DNA of 41,470 bases from Atractiella rhizophila (taxonomy: Eukaryota): assembly GCA_021432655.1 (NCBI GenBank), contig MU271439.1, forward strand, positions 1 through 41,470. The letters are read 5' to 3'. The notes beneath the pieces are model-generated. The model did not search any database and was not told the DNA's origin. It saw only the letters and a program-made list of their open reading frames with translations. A program made the translations under genes and the position numbers. Each line of letters starts with the position of its first letter. Positions within the stretch are counted from its first letter, which is position 1. This document shows positions 1-12,900 of this stretch, piece after piece.

Positions 1-479
1 GCGATTTCTTGAGCGCGTTTTTCGATTTCTCAGGTCGTGCGCCAAAAAACGAGTTTTCCCAACTACATGGAGGGGCGAACGGACCCATGGAAACATGGTG
101 ATGGCCGCTCTGGCATGTAGGGCAAGTGCATGTGCTTCAGTAGGCTGGACTCATCTGTTGTCGCCGAAAGGGCTTTCGCAATGTCCTGTGGAAATCGAGG
201 CAATACCAATCAGTGATTCCCAAAGCTTCACAGGCACAGATTGTCGGTGCATGCGTTATCAACAGTCCTTTCAGGCCAGCAGTTCAAGTCCTCCCTCTGA
301 CAGTGAATATGCGCCTTCTTCGTCATCAAGCTGAAATGACACGGCGGGACTTTACGATTGCCTCTAGCTTTGCTGAATAGTTGCTGTCAGTTGGGAATGG
401 TGCAACCCACAACCGAGAAGACTGTGGCCATGGTCCATTAACCATGAAGGGTCAAACGATGTCCAACAATTCCGTGGAC

Positions 480-1190
480 TGGAGGGTCATTTAAATGACA
501 TCTATCCTGGGCTCAGCACTATAACACAAGATGTGAACTCAGTTGAGCTCAGGCAATACTTTCAAGAGCGCATGGTCCTTACAACCAGAAATATTGATGT
601 TGACCTGATAAATGATCAGCTTATTCAGGACTTTGTCTCCCAGCACGAGCGACCTTGCTATCCAAAGCAATACATGGGATGAGGACTGATGTACCCGCAA
701 ATGTTCCTGTGATGATTGTAACCTCAATAAGGCGAGAAAGCAGCTGGGTGACCATCAACTGTGTACTATTACAGAGCCCAGCCAAAGGAATGAGGTAGGG
801 GCTCCAACTTTGAGATGAAGCCAATGAAGAGGAAGTCCCATCATGTTGAGAGTGTTAAGGTAGTCAACTGTAAATGCTTGTTGAACATTCTCACTGTTGT
901 CCATCAATCGGTCGGCACTGAGATAGACTCTCCAATTCATTTCCTTTCACCTTATACCGATATCAATTCCCCATCAAGTTGGCCCCTCTGCCTCACCATC
1001 AACAAGTCACAGGGCAATCCGTGAAAACTGTTGGATTGTCTTTGGACACACCAGTTTTTACACATGGACAACCTTATGTAGGACTTTCTAGAGTTTCGAA
1101 CACAAAGAATCTTCGAGCTTATTTACACCAAGTGTAAGGGATAGAGAATAAGAGGACAGAAAATATAGTGTACAGAGAAGTTTTGAATTT
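480..1190 (+). mobile_element. Helitron-type PIF1 (SF1) helicase C-terminal relic with an inverted internal segment
   Basis: + strand ~490-633 reads ERMVLTTRNIDVDLINDQL. - strand ~640-940 reads VYLSAD..YLNTLNMMGLPLHWLHLKVGAP..GLCNSTQLMV..IEVTIITGTFAGTSVLIPCI. + strand ~945-1190 reads YQFPIKL..LTINKSQG..VGLSLDTPVFTHGQPYVGLSRVS..TENIVYREVL. These are the canonical Helitron RepHel helicase motifs, with frameshifts. Confidence 0.9.
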
Positions 1191-2912
1191 TCACAATTGG
1201 ATGCATGTAGACCTATCATGAAATCATATAGATTCATACCAAAACCCATGTGCATCTGGTGAGCCAGAGGCTGGGGTCCAAGCGGTGAAGCCTCTGATGG
1301 GGGGTGTGCCAGAGGAATGAGGGCACTGACATGCTTGTCTCTTCTAATGACAGAAACAGGGAATTGACGATGCAGGAGAGACCTTTAACGGCAAGGCGGT
1401 CGTCTATCTTCAAGTCCAGAGACTTTCTTCGACCCTGAAGCAAGCCTAGCTGCCAACAAGCTCTTTGCCATTACTCAGCTTTTCAGCAAATGACGTAACC
1501 TCTTCGAAAGCGAGATCCTCTGCCAGTGGAGCGATGACTTCCACCTTGTGCCTCTTGATCAAGTCATGCACTTGATCGGGATCTTTCAAGCAGAATGCAA
1601 CGAGAGAAGAAGGTTCGTTTGGATCCTTCACCGTTACCACTCCGACGCACTTATCCACCCAGTCCTTGAGCCAGAGGCAGATAAGGCTGTTCTTGAAGGT
1701 TATGCAGGTCAGAGTAACGAGATAGATCTTCTGGACTTAGTTTAGCCTCTCCGTTTGCTCACTTCTTCACTTTGCCTGGAGTTCTTGAGTGTAAGCAGTA
1801 TTATACTTGCATAAACTAATCTACTTCATTTGTTCATTTACTATTCGCTAATTTGCATTTCCACACATTACATTAGATACAGTCTATCAGAGATTCGGCA
1901 CCTTTTGGACAGGATTGCAAGCAGAGTCTCTCAGGACTTGCACTGGGCTCATGCTCAGCATCCTTCAAGCTCCTTCTTGTACCCAATAAGACTACACAAA
2001 TAATTCTCTCCTTCCACTAATTAGGTCAATGGTTGTGGTGCTTCCAGGTGAGCAAGAAAGTATGTCTTTTGCCTTTAGCTTTGCAAGTGATCGAATGCGC
2101 CTGATTTGCAGGTCCCTGGCCCTCATCAAAAGCCCCCATAATGTTCAAAACAAATTGCTGTTCTCGAAAGCATGGGCGACACTGGCGTCTGCACTTTTTC
2201 GACAGCAACTACACTGACCACTCACTACTTGTCCTGCAAGTTTCCAGGGAGTCATTCCTTGTACACCAAGGAACTAGAGGTCTTCAATTAACGGAAAATC
2301 GTTTATGCTTAGCCTACCAATCCATCTTCCTCCACTACTTGTGCCATTTTTGCTTTGATTGTCTTCTCCGAATCTATGTGCACTGTGTTCTTTGTCTGTT
2401 CGTAGTACCCTATTATTTCGAGACCTCTTCCCCCATGCTTATCCAGAATCGCCCATCTTCTACAGGTCTGTTGGTGATGTCATCAGGCGAAAGATGAATT
2501 GGAAGAATCAGGACTGTAAGTGTTGGAGATGTGTAAAATGTTAGTAATACTTTGTTCATGAACGTTCTGGAACTTTCTATTTGCCACAAGCTCTCATGTA
2601 TATAAACACCTGTTCTTGTGTTTCTGCTGCTCATGCATTTGCAAGAGCTCAGCCAAACGTAATACATTTGTTTGAGGTCAACAAAGCAGCAGAGAATAAC
2701 AACAGTAAGAGCATAATCCCAGCTGTCAATCTATGTGCCTACTCGTATTCTACCTAAGTCTCTTTAATAACTAACATCTGATTGTCACATATAGACAGAT
2801 ACTCTATACATGCTGATTGACTTCGCACTCTTGAAATCATACTTCCTCCAAATACCGCCACAGAGGATCTTGAGGAAGAGGTTTATTTGTGTGTTGCCGA
2901 TGAAAACCTACA

Positions 2913-3110
2913 TCACAGCTGGTCAATACCTGTAGTGGTGGGAAAGAAAGTAGTAACAGTCACAATATCGCCATGTTTGAGTATTGTATGTATTCCTTTC
3001 CTGACTTTCTTCCCTCTTACATACGTTCCATTCGTCGACATATCCTTTAACCAAATGTCCTGGAGATTGAGACCTCTCCAAATCACACAATTCGAATTAG
3101 AAACAACTGT
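2913..3110 (-). pseudogene. FHA (forkhead-associated) domain fragment
   Basis: ORF 2913-3179(-) contains VSNSNCVIW..IWLKDMSTNGTYVRGKKVRKG..ILKHGDIV, matching the FHA S..H and D.S.NGT..NG..L..GD motifs. Its 5' end runs into Copia sequence and stops follow downstream. Confidence 0.7.
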
Positions 3111-3545
3111 CGCATCTAAGTCAGTGTCCACCCCTCTCGATATAAACACCAAGCTACTCCTTAATGAAAGGGAAGTCAATCCTGAAGCCCAGAGGCTGTA
3201 TCAATCAGCCATCAGCTCTCTAAGGTATGCTGTGATTGCTACACACCCCGACATCGCATCTGCAGTCCAAACCCTATCACAATTCTCCTCAAACCCAAAC
3301 TCGACTCACTGGACAGCAGTCAAATACATTTTTCAGTACCTTAAGTCCACAAAGGACTATTCCACAAAGGACTATTCCCTTGTTACGGAGGAGACAGAGG
3401 CGGAATCAACAAAGCTGGAGTATTTACGGATGCAGATGGAAATTCAAGTCAAACGAATGGAAGGAAGGCTATCTCTGGATATGCTTCTTTACTTTCAGGA
3501 GATGCAATACCTGGTCTGCAAAGAAACAGACCATGATGTGACTTG
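3100..3545 (+). mobile_element. Ty1/Copia reverse transcriptase/RNase H fragment
   Basis: STPLD..YQSAISSLRYAVIATHPDIASAVQTLSQFSSNP..HWTAVKYIFQYLKST, then after frameshifts FTDADG..RKAISGY and TWSAKKQ. Contains a 15-bp tandem duplication, tccacaaaggactat, at 3346-3375. Confidence 0.9.
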
Positions 3546-3831
3546 GTACGTTGCCTGGTGTAGAGAGTTGTTTACAGTTTCTAAATGCAGCACTCTAACA
3601 CAACTCCTTTATCTTTATCAAGATTTGATCACTCACTGTTGATAGTACCTTCAGCTCCTAGTCAGAATACGCCGATCCTGCTAGTCTAGGGTATGCACCG
3701 ATCCCCTGCTGAAAATAATCTCATCTCCAACCCCTGCTCCTTGTTGATAGGGTCCAAAGTCTGTTGTTAGGTACGGGTGCGAGATAACGGTTTTCTCCCG
3801 GCTAGAGTGTTAGGCTCATAACCTGTTGAGA

Positions 3832-3910
3832 CTAGGATTCTTCCTATCACACTGGGAAGCGTACATTGCAGAAGAAACTCACCTAGGATTCTTCCTATCA
3901 CACTGGGAAG
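3832..3910. repeat. 28-bp direct repeat, 2 copies, period 51
   Basis: ctaggattcttcctatcacactgggaag at 3832-3859 and 3883-3910. Possibly part of a decayed LTR. Confidence 0.85.
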
Positions 3911-6089
3911 TGTGAAGGGAAAAATCCTTGTGAGGGGTATATGTGTATTTCACATTGTGGTAGGTTCATTCACACCACTTCAGTTAAGCACTGACGCTGC
4001 AATAGGTACTGACACAAATGCCAGGAAGCATGCTCGCCATTTGGCGAGAGATTAGCTGTCAACTTATATCCAGCTATGCACGGAACCATATCCGTGGACA
4101 TTGTCTATGCAAAAGAGTTGCATACGAAATCAGCAGTAAGGCAATTGAAGTAGGCTGTCCGTTTTTTCTCCTACTGCGATATATCATCATGCACAGCAGG
4201 ATGGGTGACGGTGATCTCATATGGGCGGCCACTATGTTCCAAGTCCCCCCATCTCATTCTTTGCACCCTGATCAGTAAGTACCTCTATCAATGCAACAGC
4301 CATTCCACCTTCTCTGCCAAGCTACAAACTCCACCATCAGTACCCTGTTACCTCACCATCCAGAAAGGCCTTCGCTACGACCAAGGCTGTCCTTTGACCA
4401 CCTGTCATGTCGCCATACCGGGGCCCCCTCAAGACTGACGCAAACCAGGTAGCTAAACTTCAAGCAGGCCAAACTACTCGTGCACTGGTGGAGGCAGAGG
4501 ATACCAAGCCAAAAAAAGGGGGAAAGGTTGGGGAAGCAGTTCGGAAAGTGAAGCAGAAGTGAGAACCCAGAAGTGGAAGCCACGCATGAAGATGAATGGT
4601 GTATCAACTCTTCTTGTTCCTTTGCCTGACATGTGGGTTCCAGAATGGTCGCCCCAATCACAAGAGTCTCTCAAGAACCTTTAAAGGCACCTGTGGCTTA
4701 CTAACCTTCTCGAAAACCCCTTTGTTGCCTCCAAGAAGAATGTGTTTGTACCATCACCGCTTTCAAAGCTTTATGAGGAGAAGTGGCTGTTGATGAAGAG
4801 CAAATAGGTCATGTATGTCTTTGATTAGTTGTGCATGCTTCTTACAAGAAGTTACCAGTTAGTATCCTGGGTGAGCTCCTACAGAGGGCATTTTGCTCGT
4901 GTTGCTAAGAACAACACCTGTAATCTGTGGAAGATTCCTACTGGGTACAACAATGATGACTCAATTGATAAGGCAGAAGAGATGTACAGGCTCTTTGAGT
5001 GGTGGAGGTTACGGTTCCATTATGCCGATGCTGATCTGAAGAACAACCATAATGCTAGGCCAGATGAGGTTATGTCAGCTGTAAGCTTGGAGACATAGCA
5101 TACTAACAAGATTCATATTGGGCAGCTCACCGAACCATTCCTTTCCCCTGCCTTCAGTACAATAGTTCAGAGAATGATCTTTGATTCTCCTGCATGGGTC
5201 TACACCGTTCGTGATTCCGTTGATTTTGATGAAAGCTACCTCCATCAACATTGGCTTTGGTTGGAACTGCAGTATGTTGTCCACGTATAACACTCTTGCA
5301 TGATGCTGCTAACATCCATTTGGGGCAAGATCTGGCATGAGTTTAGCTGAGAGATGAAGTTCTACGACGTTTTAGGTGGCACAAGGAACGCGGACAAAGC
5401 AAAAAAAGCAGCGGCAAAGGTTCAGTTCACTCCTGAAACTTACAACAGAGTCTACGGCGCCTTTTTGCAGCAGACAAGCAGGCTATCAGACGATACTCGG
5501 AGCGCTGCGCTATAAACAGAGCAGCCTGTAAGTCTCTTTCAATGTCTACTGTGAGGCCGCTCAGACATGCTCAGGTGGACAAACTTCCTTAAGCCCTGTC
5601 ATCTCCCTTGCAGGACCTTCTGTCACACCTGTCGACGTCGACGCGGCGGCAAAGGATGCTGACAACCTTGCAGGTTGCCTGGGCCTCTCGTCAGCATCTC
5701 GATCTCCACCTAGTTTCATTGATCCATCCCTACTGAATGAAACGATCACTCTTGATCATCCTGCGGCATTTTTTGGAGCTGATAAAGCAGAGGGAGCACA
5801 AGAACATGAAGGGGACTCGGATATGCTCGACTATGGGACCGTGGGAACTGGACAATCATGGCCAAAGGATGTATTTGCCGCCGATCGCATGCAAGGGATG
5901 GAGATTGACGAAGCGGAGCAACAGCACGATGATGGGTGGGGATTTTGATGAATTTCAAGACTGAGCTACGGAGGAATATTGGCTGGTTGAGGTAACCCTT
6001 AGATTACAGCTTTACTTTAATAATCATGGATTTCACAATGTACAACAAGAGAAGAGAACCACTACAAGGACAGACAGTGATACAAAGGA

Positions 6090-6240
6090 GTCGATAGCGC
6101 GTAGCTCATAGCGCTATAGCGATATAGCGACATGGTGCGCCTAGCTGATAGGGCAATAGCAGTGCTCCTATCGTGCTACCATAGAGCCCAGGTGAGAAAA
6201 ACCCTATGAGCTATCCTAGGACATATAGGCTCATAGCCAC
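6090..6240. repeat. Cluster of short ATAGC/GCTAT motifs in both orientations, possibly DNA-transposon subterminal repeats
   Basis: tcgatagcgcgtagctcatagcgctatagcgatatagcg...ctatgagctat...ggctcatagcc. Confidence 0.5.
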
Positions 6241-7267
6241 CGCTCAGAAACTGCTGAGCCGTCCCCGCTTCTTGATGCGACCATGTCTCCCGCCAATCTC
6301 AACCTTCGACCAGCCCCCGCTTTCCTGAGGAGGAGGAGAAACGCGATTGTGGACGTGTTGGAAGGAAATAGTATCTTTGTAGCTTGGCGGAAAGCAGCGG
6401 GTTTGGAAGAGAGGAGGAGGATGCTTAAACTGAGAAGGATAAGAAATATGCGGGAGTTGAGGACCAAGGGTTGCGTTGGTGAAGTGGTGAAGAAGGTTGG
6501 ATTTGCTGAATGAGTATATTAAAGGGAAGAAAGATGGGAAATTGTTGTAGTCGAATCGGCCGGTCTGCCTGGCCAAGGGATGCTGATGCCCTTCGCGTCA
6601 CAGATATCGTTACTCCGCCACAATCTGTGTATACCGCCAACCCCACCCGGATCCCATTCCACATCATGACTTCTCCATCTACAAACACGCTTGATCACAT
6701 TTCTATGCTGTTCTCATCCTATTTGTGCAGACCAATCTTTCCTGTTCTGTAGTTACAAACCTGCCTCATCTGAAAAAGTCAATTTGTGCACGCTTCGTTA
6801 TTCATATTATCTAGAAGTAGCGATGGAAGGGTTAGGGTTATCAAATGAAATTACTGCTGCTTTTACCTTACATAGAAATATATGATATAAACACTATCAG
6901 CTCTTCTACTAACAGTACTTTAAGGTTCAACCCTGCTTGTGTTAGGAACAAGATCCTGGCTACATCCTTGCCTCCTCGCAGCCCAGGGTACAACCCTACC
7001 TCCACATCATGAAACTGTTGGCTATTAGTCAACCAGGATAGAACCTTGCCACAGATAAGAATAACAATCCAGTCAAAATGTCATGTAGGCATAAACACTA
7101 GTAGCCAGGCAATGTCCTCTAAGATGCTTCTCAAATCACTTATCCTTTGAAATCCTTGCTTCATTGGATTGCTCTGGTCCATATCTCCAAGTAAACAGAG
7201 TACATTTAAAGTTGTAAAATTAATTTATAAAGGTTGAGATATGTTATGCCTATATGTTGTTAACTCT

Positions 7268-9052
7268 AAGTGCAATTTTGGCGATACTGGGCAGGTCGAT
7301 AGGTTATCAACAACATTTGAGGAGGGGTCTAAGAGCAAAAGTTTCATGAAAACTGAGCCATTTCGATAGGTTATCGACAGCAGGTGAAGAGGGGTCTGAG
7401 GAGTTCAATTTCACTCAAAACGTCCCCAGTCATTCAAGCCAAACTTGAAATAGTTGTCAACTATTCTATCCAGAGCTGCTGATTGAACTATAAAAACTGA
7501 TGTGATTAATCCCTCTCCATCAGCTGACCTCATTAAGACAATCTATGAACACTGGATAGAGTGTAAGTGTGGCCAGAAAGCAACATGTATTTAAAGACCT
7601 TATGGGTACATATTTTGGTTTACCTTGGCCCTCTATCCTGACAAACAATCAGGTCTTTCATTAGGCCTCGATGCAACCCTCAAGGTCGCTAAGAAGACAA
7701 GGGTTTACACTACTGTAAAGGAGGCTGGTGGTGGTCAAAAGTACAAGTTACAAATAGTTTTGGTGGAGAATTGTTGACAGTGGTAAATGAGGACTGGGAA
7801 CGTGTGGGATACGCAAGTTATAAGGTTGTTTTCATCTGTAAATTCAAAGTCTAATAATAACAATCCAGGAATTTCTTGTTGGAAACACACTGCTTGAGAT
7901 GTTAATGCCACTTCAAGATTTCGCTCAACGTGCATGGCTACTTGGAGTCGATTTCGAAGGTAGCAGGCAGGCATGTGCATTCTATTTTTTTGAAGGGTTA
8001 AAACAAAACAGGCGGTGCCTTGAGGTATTTTCTGGCGGTTGCTTATGCTTTTTTCTACAAAAAATAAACCATACTCACCTTGTGGACAGTTATGTTAGTT
8101 ATGTTCAGAAAGACATGTCCTTTTACAAACTAGGCTGGCACGTCTGTTTTCCAAGAAAGCACTTCCTGTCTATGTAACAAACTCGTATTCACCGAAAGGT
8201 TATCAACATGGGTGTAAAGGCAGTGCGGAAAGTGTAATTTAGCTCCAAACTTCCGAATCTATAGCTTATCACTAAAGGTAGCTAATGAGGATGTGGAGAC
8301 AATGTTCATATATACATGCAATATCGGTATGAATGATGATATATCACCCCCACAGTGATGCTCTAGCTCCATATGCTTGACATGATAAAATGTTCCTGCA
8401 AACCACCCTCATCATTGCATGTTTTACATTCTTGCTCTCACTCATTTTACATTTACCAGTAGATGTAAAAATAATAAAGGGTCTAGAATAGCGTAATATG
8501 CACGTGTCTTCATGTAAACTCTTTCAGCAATGATCTTATTTATTGGCACTAAAAAATCTTTGACCATAATGATTCAAAACAAGCTCTTTTGTTAAATCAT
8601 TCTTAACACGTTTTCATTTTAATTGTACTACTATTTTAAACGGCTCCATCATCTTGATCATTGGTCATACATTCAAGTTTGTGTATATACCAAATTGATT
8701 CTACATGATTCAGCCCCTTGCATGCTCAAGGATACATTCAATGCATGCACTACTTCCAGCGTGTTATCAATCTATCCATTCACGTAGCCCCTCGTAAGCA
8801 GCTGCCTGGCTCAGTTTCAAATTTTGGTTCTCAGTCCCATCTTCACCTGTTGTTGATAACCTATCGACATCCGGCCAGTTTCAACTATATTGCACTCCTC
8901 AGACCCCTCTCCACCTAGTGTCGATAACCTATCAGTTTCAACAAATTGCACTCCTGAGACCCCTCTCTTCCTGGTGTCGATAACCTTTGACACGGCTCAG
9001 TTTCCACAAAAGTTTCGTTCTCAGACCGTCTCCACCTGGTGTCGATAACCTT
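7268..9052. mobile_element. Foldback-like / non-autonomous DNA element bounded by inverted arrays of a ~60-68 bp unit
   Basis: Left (7268-7410): about 2 units of ..tcgataggttatcRacaRcaggtgaagaggggtctgag. Right (8808-9052): 4 units of the reverse complement, ctcagacccctctccacct.gtgtcgataacct. The interior is AT-rich with no intact ORF. Confidence 0.65.
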
Positions 9053-9989
9053 GGGTGTGTTGGAAGGACGTTTATAGGAGAATGAAGAGGGATTAAAGGC
9101 AATCAGGAGGCACTGGAAGGGAGGGTAGAGGATCTTGGGGGAAGATTACAAGAGAGTAGAAACATAGAGAGAGGTAGTGAGAGCCAGTGAGCCAATTTCT
9201 GAATTTTGTCGCTGTTCGTTTGCCAGCATGAGGACAGTGAGAATACGCTCAAATACAAGTGTGAATAAGACATGCTGGCTAAGCGGTACTTGTCAAACGC
9301 GTAGCTACAGCGAGTCGGAAAGTGATTTGAGGCGGTTCATAAAAGGAAAAAAACTGCGTAATGCCAAATAGGAACAACACATTCTACTTTCCAAACTGCC
9401 ATGCTTCCGTCAAAACCACTTAAATCCCAACCAAAAGGCTATGCAAATTGTGAGGCCTGTATTGGAGTCATTGGAAAAGTCGTAATCCCACCTTTCACTC
9501 CCCCACTTTTTTCCTTCCTTTTTTTTTCTTGCTGCCCTTGCTCATTTCAGACCCAACATGCTCTGGTCGTTCCACAATATCTGCCGTGCTTTGTGGCTCT
9601 ATGGGGGTTACCGGACAAGTAGGTTCGAACCTGAAGAGAGATTCCATCTTTGGAGGAGTTCCTGCCATGGGATACAACTAAGGCGAGAGAGATCCATTTT
9701 TTTTTTGGCGGGAGCCGGACAGATGTGTCGGGGTGGTTCTGAACTGAGAGAGGTTCATTTACATCTGCGAGTGAGGATGGCATCATATTCATCGCAGGGC
9801 TGTCTCCTCCTGTAATCAGAGAGGGATCTCCCGCCCAGTTAGCGAACAGGTTATGCGCCAGGAAAGTATTTACTCAATAACTGCTGCGACTTGTTGCGTA
9901 GGAGAAACGGAGTAGTGGTTCGGAATCACTAAATGATGCCTGCTGAAAGAAGGAAGGACGTTGAGTTCCTTGTACAGGTACGCTGGGCT

Positions 9990-12900
9990 TTTCACGACCT
10001 CTCGCTGTGCCATGTGGTTAGAACACCTGGACAATGAACAGACACACTTACCCAGTTTGTGGCGATAAATCTTACGATCTCTGACCTTAAGGCCTTGTGC
10101 ACGATAGAAGGTGGGCTGAACAGCACATTGAAGGCGGCTTCTGGACGTAGACAATGTGGAATAGCTGCCAATGCTATTTCCTCCAACGCTACCAGGCCAA
10201 GTTCTATGTCATGATCGGTTGGAAGTGGGGGAAGCTGGTGCGTCAACACAAACGCGCAAACTTTGAAGTGCACACACGACCCACGCGCCGGGAAAGGACA
10301 AGCTGGTCGCCCTGAGGGGCTTTGCTAAGGCGCTTTGATAGCAGACCCGTCGCCAGGGGGGTCAGAGTTGGTCGGCGATAAAAATGGTCTACCAGTTTTG
10401 ACCTGCTTTTTGGCTGCAAATTTTCTCAAAATTGAAGCGCAAAACCATTTTTCGCTGGCGGCCTCGGCCGCTTTCGCAAACCCCTGGGGGGCGACCAGTT
10501 TGCCCACGTCTGGCTTGAACTAGACGGCAGCCGAAACGGCAGGAAACAAGTTCTAATTCGTTGCCAGCTGCTCTAACAAAGATGTTGTCAGCCTAGTTTG
10601 GTAACTTCGTGGACGTTCCGTGTTTTCTTACCATTGCGGATGGTTTTTAAGCTAAACTGAAATGGTGGATGCTAAGTGTATTGTGTATTGCACGAGGAAC
10701 GAAAATTTATGATAAACGTCAATGTAATTGCTCCGCAAGGAAGGCACCACATCGAAGTGAGCTGGATTGAGCAGGTAAAGCATGCATCGCTTCAAAAGAA
10801 AGTGCTTCAGGTTTGCCCATCGCAGGGCTTGAGGCAGTCTGCACAAACGTGAAAATGGTGGCTACCAACAGAAGACAGGTTGTTGCTGCTTAAGGCCTTT
10901 GAAGATCGTCTTCAGCCTGATGTTTTCAGTCTGAAGCTCATCTACCTCTGCACAAATCCAAGTAAGATAGGACCAGAAGTTTGCGATTATATTGTCATGA
11001 ATTGTTAATCATTACTGAATTTTTGCATTCAACAATATTCGAGGTCGACCACTTTTGTGTTTGCGGCCGGATGCTGCACAAATCCCCCCGAGTTGAGCGC
11101 AAGAGCGCAAACCTCTTGAGGCGACCAGTTTGCCCCCATTCTTACTACCTCGCACTCATCACCGCGCCTTTGTCTTTGCAAGGTGTATCATCACGTATAT
11201 CCAGCACCGCTTTCTTCAAACAATAGGACCCGTATGCTGCTCCGACTGGAGAATTCAGCCGTCGATGGATGTGACACACTAGTGAGTAAGTGGAAATGTA
11301 AGTGTCAATCGATTCGTGGTTGCCGGCGCGAAGGCGTGAAAGAGTGTAGGGAGCCATGTGCAAGGAGGTTTGTGTGCTCTGTGCAATGTAAACTGCATCT
11401 TTTCTTTTATATAAGAGGGTTTGAGGAGACTGGTGTTCATACATGTTATTTGTCCGGACTACCACTTCTTGCGCTATGCTACCACCCAACTTGCAAATGA
11501 CCAATTTAACAACGAATGAGATGCCAGCGTTTAGCACTTTCACTTTCATCTACTTCACTTTGCATACCCAAATTGTTACGTCCAAGCTCGGCTGAGTCCA
11601 AAGCTCTTTTCCTTGATCCCCAATTAAATTTGTCCAGTCGCGGTCTTGATTGAGGGTCCGTTGACGTTAACCGAGCCGCAAGATTAAAAAGATAGTAACC
11701 CGGCACTTATTGCTTTTGTGCAGCAGGAGGATCCCCAAAAGCATTGGAGGACAAGGGACTCAAGAAAAAACTACAAACAAAAGGCCGACAAAGAAGGCTG
11801 GACTCTTCAAGAACAGATGCAAATGTTTCTCTATTAGGTGCGGGCTCAACTCACAAGATTGCAATCAACTGATTTGAGCTGTTCTTTATTGAAAGTTTGA
11901 AACACAGATACTGAAGAAAGAAACTTGGCACCACTGCTAATTTGTTGCAGAATGCATACCTATGGCTCTGTTGCGTGTCATCAAAATTCTTCGTGTAGTT
12001 CTTGATGAAAGTGAAAGCTAAATAGGGTGTGTGTCATGAAGCTGTAGCACTTGCGAACACATCTGTTCTAAAAACCGTATAAAATACGGTATAATACTGG
12101 TATTTTGGCGCAAGCTGTTTAAGCCCCTGGAGGGGCTGAACTATCGACAGTTTTTATACTACTGTATTTCCCAATCCACCGCAAGCCCTGGTCGTAGCCG
12201 CCGTAAGACCAATAACAGCGTATCCCACCGGTATAGCTCGTTTGCAGATTCGACCATCCCCGGAATCTGCCTCGGTAATTCACAACCATCCTGACCTCCT
12301 TCTCCTTTCACCGCCGTCAATTCACTTGTGCCTTTCGCCTTACAGTGTCGGCTCCCTAAATCCTTTCCACTGAAACCAGCAGCCGACCATCCACAAGCCG
12401 AAATCTGACATCACAATAATCCAAATTGAATCGCCATAACATTAGTAGGGATGGCTATGTTTTACACCGTCAGGACAGACGATGTATTTTTATCCTCATC
12501 CCGTCACGTCCTATCGTCCTCAGATGGTGAGGTTGGGCGGTTCAAGCGCAAGGACAATCTGTTGGACATGTGGGTTTGTACTTAGAGTCTTCTCCTTTCT
12601 CTCATGGGCAGCTTTATGTTGGTCTTTCATGGGTTTCCAATGCAAACAATTTACGAGTATTGGTCAAAACAAAGCAAGGAGAGGAAAACAAGCAAACAGA
12701 TAATGTGGTTTACAAAGAAGTGTATGAGTACTCAATCGCTGATCATCTCTCAGCATGTTCCTAACAGTATAGTCAAAAGCTGAAGTGGTTCCTCAGCTTT
12801 CCATTGTTTTTGAAGACAGTAGAGTACATATGGTGAGTCTGTGGTCGCCGAAGGCAAGGCCCTATGCAGTGGTTGTCAAATCTTTGTCCCCTTGATGGAA

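Noticed and set aside
1230..2500. Decayed coding-like stretches (also ~4000-5950 and ~11150-12750)
   Set aside because: They look like gene or TE relics, but I could not recognise motifs well enough to name them.
2887..3642. 251-aa ORF as a real gene
   Set aside because: It is a chimera of antisense FHA sequence, Copia RT and out-of-frame sequence.
6828..6840. Telomere-like agggttagggtta (also ctaaccctaacc near 14069)
   Set aside because: Only about two units each, which is compatible with chance.
8808..9052. CRISPR-like periodic repeats
   Set aside because: The context is eukaryotic, the units are degenerate, the 'spacers' resemble each other, no cas genes are present, and an inverted partner array exists at ~7.3 kb.
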